NCBI GenBank assembly: GCA_965248755.1
Contig: OZ252149.1
Location: 2,528,001 to 2,592,000, forward strand
Direction: 5' to 3'
Length of the DNA stretch: 64,000 bases
Source: Candidatus Latescibacterota bacterium
GTDB lineage: Bacteria > Latescibacterota > CBDEFO01
Every line of letters starts with the position of its first letter. Within the stretch, counting starts at the first letter, position 1. The notes below the pieces were generated by a model. That model was not told where the DNA came from, did no database searches, and was given only the letters and a program-made list of their open reading frames with translations. Both the position numbers and the translations under genes were made by a program. This document shows, piece after piece, positions 19,170 through 30,086 of the stretch.

Positions 19170-20423
19170 ATGAAGATCACCGACATTGAAGTTCATACGA
19201 TCTGTCCACCCTTTTGTGAGTGGAACAGCGAAGCCCTGACGCGCTATCAGGGCCCTGACTTCCGGTGCCGTACTATCTATATATTGCACACCGACAACGG
19301 TCTGGAGGGTTTAGGGGAACAGAACGGCAAACCCTGGCCGCGGTCTGAAGAGTATATTGACCAGCTCCGGGGAAGTGATCCTTTTGACTGGTTGCATCAC
19401 CCGACATTGAATATCGGTCTGGCTCCAGCCATCTACGACTTGATCGGCAAGCACAACGGCGTCCCGGCATACAAGCTCTTTGGGCCTAAGGTGCGATCGT
19501 GGGTTCCTATGGGCTTTTGGACAGTCTCCCAGACTCCCTCCAAGATGGCTGAGGAGGTGGAGCACGCCGCCAGAGAGGGCTACACCTGGCTCAAGTACCA
19601 CACCAGCCACTTCCATAATGCAATCGAACAGACGAAGGCTATGCAGGAGGTCGCTCCGTCGGGCTTCAAGATCCACTACGATCTAAACTTTGATAACACG
19701 GTGGACCACGTCTTGCAGCTTGCTTATGAACTTGCACAGTATCCCATCGCTGGCGCAATCGAGGACCCTCTTCGCACCCACCACTCTGAGGGATACCGCC
19801 TCTTAAGGGAGAAGAGCCCCCTGCCGATCTACTTTCATCAAGTGCCAATAGGCGTCCGAGAAGCGATATTGGGATTGGTCGACGGCTATATGGTAGGACA
19901 CTCTCCTATCGGCCCGGTCATAAGTCAGGCAGGTCTCTTTGAGGCTGCCAATGTCCCCTTTATGACACAGAACACAGGGGGTAACATTATGCGCGCAATA
20001 TCCACTCACATAGGCGCGGCCTTCCCTATGGCGACGCTCCACCATGCCAACCTCTGCCACCTCTGGTCAGAGGACGTAGTGACACCAACTTTTAAGGTCT
20101 CCGGCGGGGCAGTTCAAGTCCCTGAATCTCCCGGACTCGGTGTGACATTGGATCGGGAGGCGTTGGAACGTTGGGAGGCGGCAGAGCCAGATCCTTTGCC
20201 AAGAGCGCTGATCCGCATCCAGTACGCCTCCTTCCCCACGATCTACGCAAGGCTCCCTGTCATAGGTATGACAGATCATTCCGGGACAGGTCCCAGCCAC
20301 CTTCCGGGATATGGTCCTGGCTACAATAGACCGGTCGATTTGGACTACTGGGACGATGACGGTTCTTCAGAGTTTGCCGAACTTTGGGAACGCACTGCCT
20401 CTGGACCCGCAGAAGCTAAGTAG
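19170..20423 (+). CDS. Mandelate racemase/muconate lactonizing enzyme family, copy 2
   Basis: Near-identical to 17530..18780. Confidence 0.85.
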   Translation: MKITDIEVHTICPPFCEWNSEALTRYQGPDFRCRTIYILHTDNGLEGLGEQNGKPWPRSEEYIDQLRGSDPFDWLHHPTLNIGLAPAIYDLIGKHNGVPAYKLFGPKVRSWVPMGFWTVSQTPSKMAEEVEHAAREGYTWLKYHTSHFHNAIEQTKAMQEVAPSGFKIHYDLNFDNTVDHVLQLAYELAQYPIAGAIEDPLRTHHSEGYRLLREKSPLPIYFHQVPIGVREAILGLVDGYMVGHSPIGPVISQAGLFEAANVPFMTQNTGGNIMRAISTHIGAAFPMATLHHANLCHLWSEDVVTPTFKVSGGAVQVPESPGLGVTLDREALERWEAAEPDPLPRALIRIQYASFPTIYARLPVIGMTDHSGTGPSHLPGYGPGYNRPVDLDYWDDDGSSEFAELWERTASGPAEAK

Positions 20424-20507
20424 ACAGGAACTCCCCTTTCTTCCTACCCACTTGAATAGTGGATAGCATATAGGGATTGTGAGGATCAAACATAAATCAA
20501 TGGTTAA

Positions 20508-20738
20508 ATGATTCGCGAGTTAGATGCGGTCGTTCTCACACATGACCTTGAAGATCATAGCCTGAAACAAGGTAATGTGGTGGCCGTAGTGCAATGTTAC
20601 AGTGATGGTGAGGGATTTGAGGTCGAGTTTGTGACTGCTGAAGGGAAAACGATTGGCTTATTGACGCTCAAACCGGATGATATTCGCCCAATGAAAAGTG
20701 GTGAGATGCTGCATGTGCGGGAATTCGCTCCGGTATAG
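20508..20738 (+). CDS. DUF4926 family protein
   Basis: ELDAVVLTHDL..G....V..Y..G..FEVEF...G.T..L.TL. Confidence 0.75.
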   Translation: MIRELDAVVLTHDLEDHSLKQGNVVAVVQCYSDGEGFEVEFVTAEGKTIGLLTLKPDDIRPMKSGEMLHVREFAPV

Positions 20739-20854
20739 TATCAGCTTAGCACGTGCAAGACACTACAATAATGTTACATCGTATAACACCTTCTACTCAG
20801 GTAGATAGCAAAGAGGGACGGGAGCCGGTGCCCTGTCTACTGCCTACTATCTTA

Positions 20855-22726
20855 TCACGTTACTTCAACCACACAGTCGAAGATCTCACCTACATGCTCG
20901 TCGTCGAAGACGACGTCCGCTGTAAGGGCGTATGCCCGTTTCTTTGCACCGCTTGGAACGCGAATTCTGAACCCGGTCTTTAGGCTGTCCTTAGGAGGGA
21001 TTGAGGCATCTACAGTCTGAGGATCAGCTTCCCACCCTTGAGGAATCATAAGCCTGTAATATACCGGGACTTCTCTCTCCTTGTGATTGGTAACGCACAC
21101 ATCCAACTTGAAGGCGCGTCCTGCCCTGGAACGCTTCCTGTAAGGATAGAAGCTTACCCAGTAGGGGTCTATGAAGTATTCGTATTCTTTATAATGAGAC
21201 AATTGCTTTAGGGCTCGTCTGAAGTTATAGCTCCACTTGAGGAACAGTTCCAACTGTTCCTTAGGATTAGGTATCTCTTGGGCGTGTCCTCCCAGGATCA
21301 GGTCGGGCTGGAGCTTACTCAAGATCTGAGCGCACTTTATATAGCCCTTTTCAAGTATCCCTCCGTTCCTCGCAACAAAGGCATCGTGACCGGACCTGTC
21401 GGGGCTGTAGAATATGTTGTCTCCTGAAAAGACAATGGTCTTTCTGTCAATCTTTCCTGCTATTCCAGCTGAAAACTCCGTCTGTCCCGGAAGGTGGAAA
21501 ACTTTCAGCCGGAAGTTCTCCCATACTATCTCTTCTCCGTCGTTGAGGACACGATGCACTTTGATCCTGTTGAAGGGGAGGTCATAGCTATTTACAAGAC
21601 CGGTCAGGTTGAACCTCTCGGGAGATTCCAGCATCTCTTTGAAGTTATGGTAGCACCAGACTTGTGCGCCGTATTTTTTGACCAGGTGAGGTATCTGCAG
21701 AAGGTGGTCTCCGTGATACTGGGTCGGTATAACAGCGACGATCTTTTTCAATCCTAAAAGATGCTTCATATCCTCAATCTTGTCGTCCAGCCACCTTATC
21801 GTCTCCTTGTAATCCATCCCCATAACGCCGCAATCTATAAAGAGGGCGCGGCCAGAATCCGAGAGGAGGATGTAGAGATTGCATCCGATGCCATAACCCC
21901 TCCCTTTGAAGATGTGCTCTGTGACCCTTCGTATGCCCGGTATCTCTGTCGGTTGACTTATCCTATCGAGTTCACCTGGATTTCTCTCCAGGTCCCAATC
22001 TCGCAAAAGGAAGCGGTTTACAAATCGCTCGAGACGCTTTATCAAGGTGGAAAGCTCCCGTTCAGGCGAGGTTATGACCCTCCCGTGAGAGGGGCACAAA
22101 ATATCAGGAGCGTCGCTCTGGAGTGCCCTTAAAGAAGAAAGGAGAGTCTTGAAACCTTCTGCGTATCCGTAGTCCCATTCTGAATCGTAGTAGTTGTGTA
22201 ACTTGGACGGCGAGACTATCAGGTCCCCGCAGAAGACGAGGTTTTTGCCTCCTATTTTCGTGGAGAAAGACATTGCCCCGTGCGAGTTTCCAGGTCTTTT
22301 ATATGCGCTCAGATGATACTTCCCCCACTTGAAGCTGTCTCCATCCACAAAGGAGCGATCCACCTTAACTCCTTGCCTTAAAGGCCTGACAAAGGGCGCC
22401 CCGTGAACCGACAGTTCCTCAGGATGTTCCCAATGTGTTAAAGGATTGCTAAAGAGTGTCCTTTCGTAGGATGGAACCCCTATTTTGGTTTTGAGTGGCC
22501 TCAACAGATGATCGCCCTGACACTGTTCTCTGTGATGATGCGTATGCAGCACCCAGTCAATCTTCTTTATACCTATCTCTGGAAGGCGCTTTAGAACATC
22601 TCCTGACCCGAAGTCGATAGCTATAGCCTTATCCTTTTCTCTGAGAAGATAGACGTTGCAGGTATCTTTAAATAGATACAGATCGGGGAGTATCTCTTGA
22701 AACTTTTTTCTGGACATATAAGACAT
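20855..22726 (-). CDS. Tandem metallo-beta-lactamase-fold hydrolase
   Basis: THHHREQ and TQYHGDH motifs; two MBL domains plus a C-terminal Ig-like region. Confidence 0.8.
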   Translation of the reverse strand: MSYMSRKKFQEILPDLYLFKDTCNVYLLREKDKAIAIDFGSGDVLKRLPEIGIKKIDWVLHTHHHREQCQGDHLLRPLKTKIGVPSYERTLFSNPLTHWEHPEELSVHGAPFVRPLRQGVKVDRSFVDGDSFKWGKYHLSAYKRPGNSHGAMSFSTKIGGKNLVFCGDLIVSPSKLHNYYDSEWDYGYAEGFKTLLSSLRALQSDAPDILCPSHGRVITSPERELSTLIKRLERFVNRFLLRDWDLERNPGELDRISQPTEIPGIRRVTEHIFKGRGYGIGCNLYILLSDSGRALFIDCGVMGMDYKETIRWLDDKIEDMKHLLGLKKIVAVIPTQYHGDHLLQIPHLVKKYGAQVWCYHNFKEMLESPERFNLTGLVNSYDLPFNRIKVHRVLNDGEEIVWENFRLKVFHLPGQTEFSAGIAGKIDRKTIVFSGDNIFYSPDRSGHDAFVARNGGILEKGYIKCAQILSKLQPDLILGGHAQEIPNPKEQLELFLKWSYNFRRALKQLSHYKEYEYFIDPYWVSFYPYRKRSRAGRAFKLDVCVTNHKEREVPVYYRLMIPQGWEADPQTVDASIPPKDSLKTGFRIRVPSGAKKRAYALTADVVFDDEHVGEIFDCVVEVT

Positions 22727-22964
22727 TTATCGTATCCGGCGCACTTTACGTGCTCTCTTACGGTGATTGTAACTGCCTCTGACTAACAAGCCTGCATCGT
22801 GCTCCCAAACAAAGCGCTCAAGGTGCCCAAAGTTGTGAGCTGGATCATATTTTGAGGATTCCTTGCACTGTTTCCTTTAGCTTTAGTTGCCTAGGGGTTG
22901 AGCTTTCGTCAGCATGTAAATCCAGGGCGCTACCAGAGCACATGCCATAAATCTGAATCCGTCT

Positions 22965-23987
22965 TCATTCCCTCCAGCAGCTTGTATCGGTCTCTATCGA
23001 ATTGCGGATCTTCTCCGCCAGTGCCTCCAAATTGGAGCGTGACTCAGGCTTGGGAATATCTGGATATACGTTGAAATAGCCATCGTCTGGACATCTGGGA
23101 AAGATGTGAAAGTAAACGTGGAAGATCTCTTGTCCTGCAACTTCGCCATTGGATTGCCAGATGTTGAGCCCTGATGGCTTTAATGTTGACCTTACCGCCT
23201 GTGCAACTTTTACCACGGCCCGCGACACGTGCGAGGCAAGTTCGTCGTCCAAGTCATAAATCATCTCTACATGACGTCTCGGTATTACAAGTACATGACC
23301 AGGATTACCTTGCCGTAGACCCATAAACGCCAGGGTATATTTGTCTCCATAGACGCAACTCGCTTCCTCTTTCTGAGAAATTATTTGGCAGAAGATGCAG
23401 CTGTCCCTAATCGACCTCGCCCTGTCTATAAGCTGTCTCAACTCAAGATCAGTAGCTTCAGCCAGAATCAGAAGTGTGGAGTAGGGATTCCCAGACAGGC
23501 AGAAGTGTTCAGCAAACGCAGGTTCTGTCTTTATACCTTTTGTTTTCATCAGACGGATCGCTGACTTCGCCGGTTCTCCATCCAGCTTCAGCAGTCGCGC
23601 TTCTGCTACCAAGTGTCGATATGCGTTCTGCTCTTTCACAGGACGTGACTGTCCGCAAATCTCCATCGAAACGGCTGAATGAGAGAAATTGCAGATTATG
23701 ACTGGTAGCCGATTAACTTCTACCCTGCGGATCGAGAAATCATAATATTGAGAGAATGCCTCTTGAATTACCTCTTCAAAATTTCTGGGGCTGTCAACCT
23801 GGCAAATAATGTCGAGGTCACTATCGGGAGTATCTACATCGAGCGGAATTGTCCCAACCAGAATAGGATCGAAACCCGCAAGTCTCTGAAAGATATCAAG
23901 CCTGGTGAGAATCTCATAGGCTTGCCTCTGACGATGAGTTCCACTCTTTAAGTATGAGATATCATCCCACTGCATAAGTGATCTCAT
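22965..23987 (-). CDS. DUF4269 nucleotidyltransferase-like domain fused to a HIT domain
   Basis: GTIPL....SDLDIIC, G.KTEPAFA; CIFC, GHVLVIP, AGQEIFHVYFH. Confidence 0.75.
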   Translation of the reverse strand: MRSLMQWDDISYLKSGTHRQRQAYEILTRLDIFQRLAGFDPILVGTIPLDVDTPDSDLDIICQVDSPRNFEEVIQEAFSQYYDFSIRRVEVNRLPVIICNFSHSAVSMEICGQSRPVKEQNAYRHLVAEARLLKLDGEPAKSAIRLMKTKGIKTEPAFAEHFCLSGNPYSTLLILAEATDLELRQLIDRARSIRDSCIFCQIISQKEEASCVYGDKYTLAFMGLRQGNPGHVLVIPRRHVEMIYDLDDELASHVSRAVVKVAQAVRSTLKPSGLNIWQSNGEVAGQEIFHVYFHIFPRCPDDGYFNVYPDIPKPESRSNLEALAEKIRNSIETDTSCWRE

Positions 23988-24178
23988 TTAACCATTGGCA
24001 TGGCAAGGTTCAGCATGCTGTTTGCTAGAAATGCTCGTCAAAGATGGTTAGGGAACAATTTCGGATAAGTTTGCCAGAGGTGTATCACTCCACTATCTCT
24101 CAAATTTATCTTTCCGAAGTCAAGGTAATTTGTTATTTTGGTATATCATCCACCCATAAAAGAAAGGACTCGGAACTT

Positions 24179-24478
24179 ATGAAACTCGACAGGACTCTAA
24201 AGGTGCTCCTTGTTTTGATGTTGGCGTCCTCGCTTGCGGACATGTTCAGCTCGTCTGGGTTCTACGGCAGCGTCTTCGCCCAATCTGAGGAAGAGACAGG
24301 AGAAAAAGAAGAGGTCCAAAAACTGTCCATCGACGCCTGGAGAGAAGGCGAAGCCTCCTCAGCTATATCCATAGTCTGCAGCAGTGACGGCAGATACGTA
24401 TTCGTCACAGACGGCGGATACATTTACCGCTCGGACGAGTACGGCAAGATAGGGAGCTGGGAGAAGGTGCTCAGGTGA
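24179..24478 (+). CDS. Hypothetical secreted protein
   Basis: Signal peptide; CSSDGRYVFV...IYRSDEYG..GSW. Confidence 0.55.
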   Translation: MKLDRTLKVLLVLMLASSLADMFSSSGFYGSVFAQSEEETGEKEEVQKLSIDAWREGEASSAISIVCSSDGRYVFVTDGGYIYRSDEYGKIGSWEKVLR

Positions 24479-24485
24479 TCGATAT

Positions 24486-25358
24486 TTAAGCTAGTCCGAT
24501 CAACAATATCGCTGAGAATATGACGACAGATCCCAGAAGCCTTATCCTCCCATAGCCCTCTTTGAGGAATATCCACCCGAAGAGGACGCTGAAGACGATG
24601 CTTACACTCCTGACCGATCCCACATAGCTGGCCTTGTCCAGAGAAAGCGCCCATAAGACCAGAAAGTAGGTCAAGAGCACCGCCGCTCCAGAGGTTATGA
24701 TCTGGGCTTTGCTTCTTTTCCATTCACAAGATACAGAGCGCAACTTCCCGGAGGTAAGTCCATACACCGTAATACCCATAGAATTGAGGAGGAATATCAA
24801 GAAGCAGTATTTTAGATAATCTGATTCCGTAACACCTACCTTGTCTATGACGCTGTAGCAGGCGATGATAAATCCCACAAATATCGCAAGTTTCGATTCT
24901 ACCTGCCCCAGCGACCTTATCGGACCCCAGAAGTTAGATATGTGGAAAGACTCCATAGACATGACATAGACCCCGGCTGACACCAGGAATATGCCCGAAA
25001 TCCCTGCGATCGATGCTTTCTCATTCAACAGGACAAAAGAAAGCACCAAAATAAAGACCGGAGCCGATCCTCTCGAAAGCGGATAAACTACCGAAAGATC
25101 CCCCCTCTCGTATACTTTTACCATCCCCAAGATGTAGCAGACCTGTACAGCTGCGCTGATGGCGGCTACATAGAACGCCTTCGGTGGAAAGTCAGTCCAA
25201 TCTACATACAAAATGATAATCGGAGTAAGAAACAGAACCGCAAGAAGATGCATCCACCAGATAAATGCAAGTTTGTCCACGCTCTTTTTCAAAAGCAGAT
25301 TCCATATAGCATGAAAGATCCCGGAAGTCAGAACCATAAGAAGAGGCAGAGGCTTCAT
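24486..25358 (-). CDS. EamA/DMT family transporter
   Basis: HAIWNLL, GDLSVVYPLSRG; many TM helices. Confidence 0.85.
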   Translation of the reverse strand: MKPLPLLMVLTSGIFHAIWNLLLKKSVDKLAFIWWMHLLAVLFLTPIIILYVDWTDFPPKAFYVAAISAAVQVCYILGMVKVYERGDLSVVYPLSRGSAPVFILVLSFVLLNEKASIAGISGIFLVSAGVYVMSMESFHISNFWGPIRSLGQVESKLAIFVGFIIACYSVIDKVGVTESDYLKYCFLIFLLNSMGITVYGLTSGKLRSVSCEWKRSKAQIITSGAAVLLTYFLVLWALSLDKASYVGSVRSVSIVFSVLFGWIFLKEGYGRIRLLGSVVIFSAILLIGLA

Positions 25359-25751
25359 ACGTCCTCAACAGAGTTCAATCTATCACCTTATATTATATGT
25401 ATAAAGCGTGTAAGTATTTAATATATGTGAACTTGTAATCAAAAGATATTACAGATCGGAGATCTAAAAGCCACATCGTATCTTTTAGCACAATATATTC
25501 GGTTGAGCGCTCAAAATCAAGGGAAAAGATAGTGTAAGACTATCTTTTTTCCTTTCAATATTGAAGACTTTCCTTGCGATGTCCAAAAAACAGTGGTAAA
25601 TTTTAAAATCTACAAGGCAAGCTTCGCCCTCATATACCGCAGATTTGATATATCCACAGATTGTAGGAGCACACCCTTTTCCCCAAGAAAGCTTCGAAGA
25701 AATTTAGGGGGACCTGAGTGTGCTCTTTTAACAGAAAGAAGGGGATACACG

Positions 25752-26412
25752 GTGTTAGAATACTACGATACCCTGATCAAGCTCGTGGATAGCCCTGATT
25801 CTAGGAGGAATTATCGGCTGGGAGAGGGAGACACACGGGCAGATAGCAGGATTCAGGACACACATAGTCCTCTGCTTGGGAGCCACCTTGATTATGCTCG
25901 TCTCAATACATGTAAGGAGTCTCTTTAGCACCGATATTCAGGCCGATCCAGGGAGGATAGCAGCTCAGGTGGTAAGCGGTATCGGATTTCTGGGCGCGGC
26001 CGCTATTCTCCGATTCGGTTTTTCCGTAAGAGGAGTCACCACAGCCACGTCCCTTTGGTCGGTCTCCGGAGTTGGACTTGCCGTCGGATCGGGATTCTAC
26101 GTTGGAGCCGTTATCGCCACAACCCTTATAGTACTCTCCCTTTCCCTGTTCGACAGATTAGAAAAGGCTCTCTTTATCAAGAAATACATCAGAAACCTCA
26201 TGATTGTCTCCAAAGATACGAAATTGAGTGTCGAGAACGTAACAGACGTCTTCGAAGCCCGCTGCGTTGAGTTCCACAAGATCAGTACCGACAGGAACCA
26301 GGAATACCTGAGCATGACCTCAATCGTCAAAGTTCCAAAGGAACTTTGGGTCGATAGCATAATCAAAGACGCTATGAACATCGAGGGCGTAGCTCAGGTG
26401 AAGTTGGAATAA
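25752..26412 (+). CDS. MgtC/SapB family protein (1-bp frameshift near 25787)
   Basis: IGWERE...AGFRTH lies in frame upstream of the ORF; DPGRIAAQVVSGIGFLGA; GTG start 25752 is in another frame. Confidence 0.75.
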
Positions 26413-26529
26413 GCTGAATTTTCGCAAATACTTGTCTGCAGGATAGTGCGACCACTGCCAGCAAGCTCGGAGGATCCGAAATCCAAGGGTGCTATCGAGA
26501 GTATCCCAGAGCCAAATGGAGAACATTAA

Positions 26530-27645
26530 ATGAAAATAACAGACGTGGAAGCCATACATATATCTCTCCCCCAAATCGAAGAGAAGGCGGACGGGACACA
26601 GGACGCCCTTATAGTAAAAATCCACACGGACGAAGGGATAACGGGAATAGGAGAGGTGGATTCCTCAGCCCATGTTGCAAAAGCCATAATCGAAGCTCCC
26701 ACCTCGCATTCTCTTTGTCACGGTCTAAAGACGCTCCTTGTGGGTGAAGATCCGTTCCAGATCGAAAGAATATGGGAGAAGATGTACCAAGGCACGATAT
26801 ACTACGGAAGGTGCGGTGTGGTCCTGCACGCTATGGCAGGAATAGACATAGCCCTTTGGGACTTGATGGGAAAGGCCCTCGATTTGCCCGTGTACGAGCT
26901 TTTAGGGGGATGCTACAGGAAAAAGGTCAGAGCCTACGCCAGCTCCCTTTTCGGAGATACACCCAAAGACACCGGGAAATTGTCCGCTATGTACATAGAT
27001 AGAGGCTTCACCGCCGTCAAATTCGGATGGGGTCCTATGGGACAAGACGAAAAGACAGATATAGCTCTGGTGAGGGAAGCCAGAAAAGGTATGGGAGACG
27101 AAGCCGATCTTCTGATAGACGCAGGATTAGTATGGGACGCCAAGACCGCTATCCAAAGGGCCAGAAAGTTTCAAGAGTACAACATCTTCTGGCTTGAGGA
27201 ACCTCTTCCTCCCGATGACGTGGAAGGGTACGCCCGCCTTTCGGAAGCCGTAGACATCAGGATAGCCGCCGGAGAAGAGGAGAGCACAAAAAGAGGATTC
27301 AAAGACCTGATAGAAAGGGGCAAGATAGATGTAGTCCAGGTGGATGTCACCCGCGTCGGTATAACAGAAGCCAAAAAGGTGGCTCAAATTGCACACGACA
27401 GGAACCTCCCCTGCGTCAACCACTCCTTCACAACCGACATCAACATAGCCGCATCTTTGCATCTACTTGCAGCTATCCCCAACGCATTCATACTCGAATA
27501 CACTGTCAGCACAAGTGCCATAAGAGAAAACACGACGCTTGAAAGGATCGAAGTTAAAGATGGATACGCGGACGTGCCCGACGGACCCGGTCTGGGGATC
27601 GAACTGAATGAAGAGTTTATTCAAAAGTATGTGTGGAGAGGATAA
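26530..27645 (+). CDS. Mandelate racemase family sugar-acid dehydratase
   Basis: GIDIALWD, KxG motif, D/E/E metal ligands, PDGPGLG. Confidence 0.9.
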   Translation: MKITDVEAIHISLPQIEEKADGTQDALIVKIHTDEGITGIGEVDSSAHVAKAIIEAPTSHSLCHGLKTLLVGEDPFQIERIWEKMYQGTIYYGRCGVVLHAMAGIDIALWDLMGKALDLPVYELLGGCYRKKVRAYASSLFGDTPKDTGKLSAMYIDRGFTAVKFGWGPMGQDEKTDIALVREARKGMGDEADLLIDAGLVWDAKTAIQRARKFQEYNIFWLEEPLPPDDVEGYARLSEAVDIRIAAGEEESTKRGFKDLIERGKIDVVQVDVTRVGITEAKKVAQIAHDRNLPCVNHSFTTDINIAASLHLLAAIPNAFILEYTVSTSAIRENTTLERIEVKDGYADVPDGPGLGIELNEEFIQKYVWRG

Positions 27646-27654
27646 CTGCTACAG

Positions 27655-28834
27655 GTGAGTTCAGAAAAAGACGTCATAAAAAAAGGACATCTTGTTCTAT
27701 CTGTTCACCCACTTGTTAGACCTCTTTTTTTCGATCACCTCTCTTGCTGTTCCGCTATTGGCTATAAAGATAGGGGCTTCGGTTACCCAATTAGGGTTGA
27801 TAGGCGCGACCTGGGCATTGAGCTACTCCTCGCTCTGTTTCCTCTCCGGAAGGTTATCAGATAGGTTCGGACGGAATGCGATAGTATTTTCAGGGTGTAT
27901 CATTGTTTCGGCGGTCTTCTTTTTGATGGCCTATGCGCGGAGCGTAGATCAAATATTGATACTGGTAGCCTTAAGTGGAGTTGGATTGTCTTTCATATGG
28001 CCCCCTATGGAGGCATGGTTAGCCGATGGCAAGGATCGTTCGACTCTGATCAGAACTATAGGTATCTTCGGTGTTGCGTGGAGTTCAGGCGTCTGTCTGG
28101 GACCAGTCATCGGAGGTTACCTCTACCAGATTGACTTTCGCATCCCCTTTTTCTTAGCCTCCGGAGGATCACTAATCTGCGGAGCGTTATCTTTATTCCT
28201 CCCCGTAAGAAAAGGTAAAATTGATGAAGTAGTCGAAACTTTCGGAGGAGGAGAAAATAATAAGCTTTATGCAGCCTGGGTCGCCAACTTTGTCGCCTTC
28301 TTCACAAGGGGCGTGCTCGGAAATATCTTCCCCAAATTGGCTGAGGAACTCGGCATTAAACCAGGAACATTGGGTATCCTTTTCGGCTGCATTGCGGGAG
28401 TTCAGATGTTGACATTTGCCATTATCGCATTTAATGTCAAAAGGCACAGAACAGACCTTGTGATCCCTGCCCAATGTTTGGCCTGCTTTGCCATGGTCAT
28501 AATTTACACGACCGAATCTACCCTCGTCTTCGGGATGGCATTTGCATTGGTAGGATTAACCCTAGCGACGGCCTTCTATTCCAGCGCCTTCTACAGCCTC
28601 TTCAATCAGAAGGCAAGAGGGGCTAAAGCGGGCATACACGAGACAATGGTAGGAATGGGACTTCTGATAGGTCCCTTTACTGGAGGGTTGACCGCCGAAA
28701 AATTCGGACTCAAATCTCCATATCTTCTGTGCCTTGGGCTCTTAATCGCGGGGATTCTCGTTCAGATTTATATTTTGAAGAAGAAATCTAAAAGTTCTAT
28801 CAGGATAAAGTTCGCCAACGGGAAAGAAATATAA
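27655..28834 (+). CDS. MFS transporter copy 1 (extra A in a poly-A run near 27678-27684)
   Basis: GRLSDRFGR motif A; the paralog indicates a GTG start at 27655. Confidence 0.8.
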
Positions 28835-28934
28835 CAACAATAAGTACAACCCCATAAGATAAAACACGACGTTTGAAAGGATCAAAAATGAGGAATTTAT
28901 TCAAAAGTATGTGTGGAGAGGATAACTTCTGCAG

Positions 28935-30086
28935 GTGGACTCAGAAAAAGACGTCATAAGAAAGGACATCCCGCTCTACCTGTTCTCGCACTTCATAAAC
29001 CTGTTGTTCTCGATCACTACCCTTGCTGTTCCGCTATTAGCTATAAAGATAGGGGCGACAGTTGTAGAATTAGGACTGATAGGCACGACATGGGCGGCGA
29101 CTTACTCTGCGCTCTGTTTCCTCTCCGGAAAATTGTCGGACAGACTCGGCAGAAAGGCGATACTATTTTCGGGGTGTATCGTTATTTCAGCGAGCCTCTT
29201 CCGGATGGCCTATGCGGCTAGCATGAATCAAGTTTTGATACTGGTCGCCCTGAACGGAGTCGGAGCATCTTTCATATTTCCCCCAATGCAGGCGTGGATA
29301 GCAGAGGGCAAGGATCGCTTGATCCTGATCAAAACTATAGCCTTCTTCGGTGTTACGTGGAGTTCAGGAATCCTTTTGGGACTAATTATCGGAGGTTACC
29401 TCTACCAGATTGACTTCCGCATCCCCTTCTTCTTAGCCTCCGGAGGAGCACTAATCTGTGGAGCATCATCCTTATTCCTCCCGGGAAGAAGAGCCAAAAT
29501 CGATGATGTAGATCAAACTTTCGGTGGAGGAGAAAATAATAAGCTCTATGCAGCATGGGTTGCCAACTTCGTCGCCTTCTTCACAAGAGGCGTAATCGGA
29601 AATATCTTCCCCAAATTGGCTGAGGAACTCGGCATTAAACCAGGAACATTGGGTATCCTTTTCGGCTGTATTGCGGGAGTTCAGATGTTGACATTTGCCA
29701 TTATCGCATTTAATGTCAACAGGTACAGAACAGAACTTGTGATCCCTGCCCAATGTTTGGCCTGCTTTGCTATGGTCATAATTTACACGACCGAATCTAC
29801 CCTCGCCTTGGGGGTGGCGTTCACATTGATAGGACTGACCTTAACGGCAACCTTTTATTCCAGCGCCTTTTACAGCCTCTTTAATCAGAAGGCAACGGGG
29901 GCTAAAGCGGGCATACACGAGACGATGGTAGGAATGGGATTTCTGATAGGTCCCTTTACTGGAGGGTTGACCGCCGAAAAATTTGGACTCAGATCTCCAT
30001 ATCTTCTGTGCCTTGGGCTCTTAATAGCGGGGATTCTCGTTCAGATTTACCTTTCAAAGAAGAAACCCCTAACAAGTGGACAGTAG
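28935..30086 (+). CDS. MFS transporter copy 2
   Basis: GKLSDRLGRK; close paralog of copy 1. Confidence 0.85.
   Translation: MDSEKDVIRKDIPLYLFSHFINLLFSITTLAVPLLAIKIGATVVELGLIGTTWAATYSALCFLSGKLSDRLGRKAILFSGCIVISASLFRMAYAASMNQVLILVALNGVGASFIFPPMQAWIAEGKDRLILIKTIAFFGVTWSSGILLGLIIGGYLYQIDFRIPFFLASGGALICGASSLFLPGRRAKIDDVDQTFGGGENNKLYAAWVANFVAFFTRGVIGNIFPKLAEELGIKPGTLGILFGCIAGVQMLTFAIIAFNVNRYRTELVIPAQCLACFAMVIIYTTESTLALGVAFTLIGLTLTATFYSSAFYSLFNQKATGAKAGIHETMVGMGFLIGPFTGGLTAEKFGLRSPYLLCLGLLIAGILVQIYLSKKKPLTSGQ

Noticed and set aside
9084..27700. Programmed frameshifting as a common explanation for split genes (tupB, mgtC-like, MFS)
   Set aside because: No shared slippery motif; scattered 1-bp indels are more simply explained by assembly error or decay.
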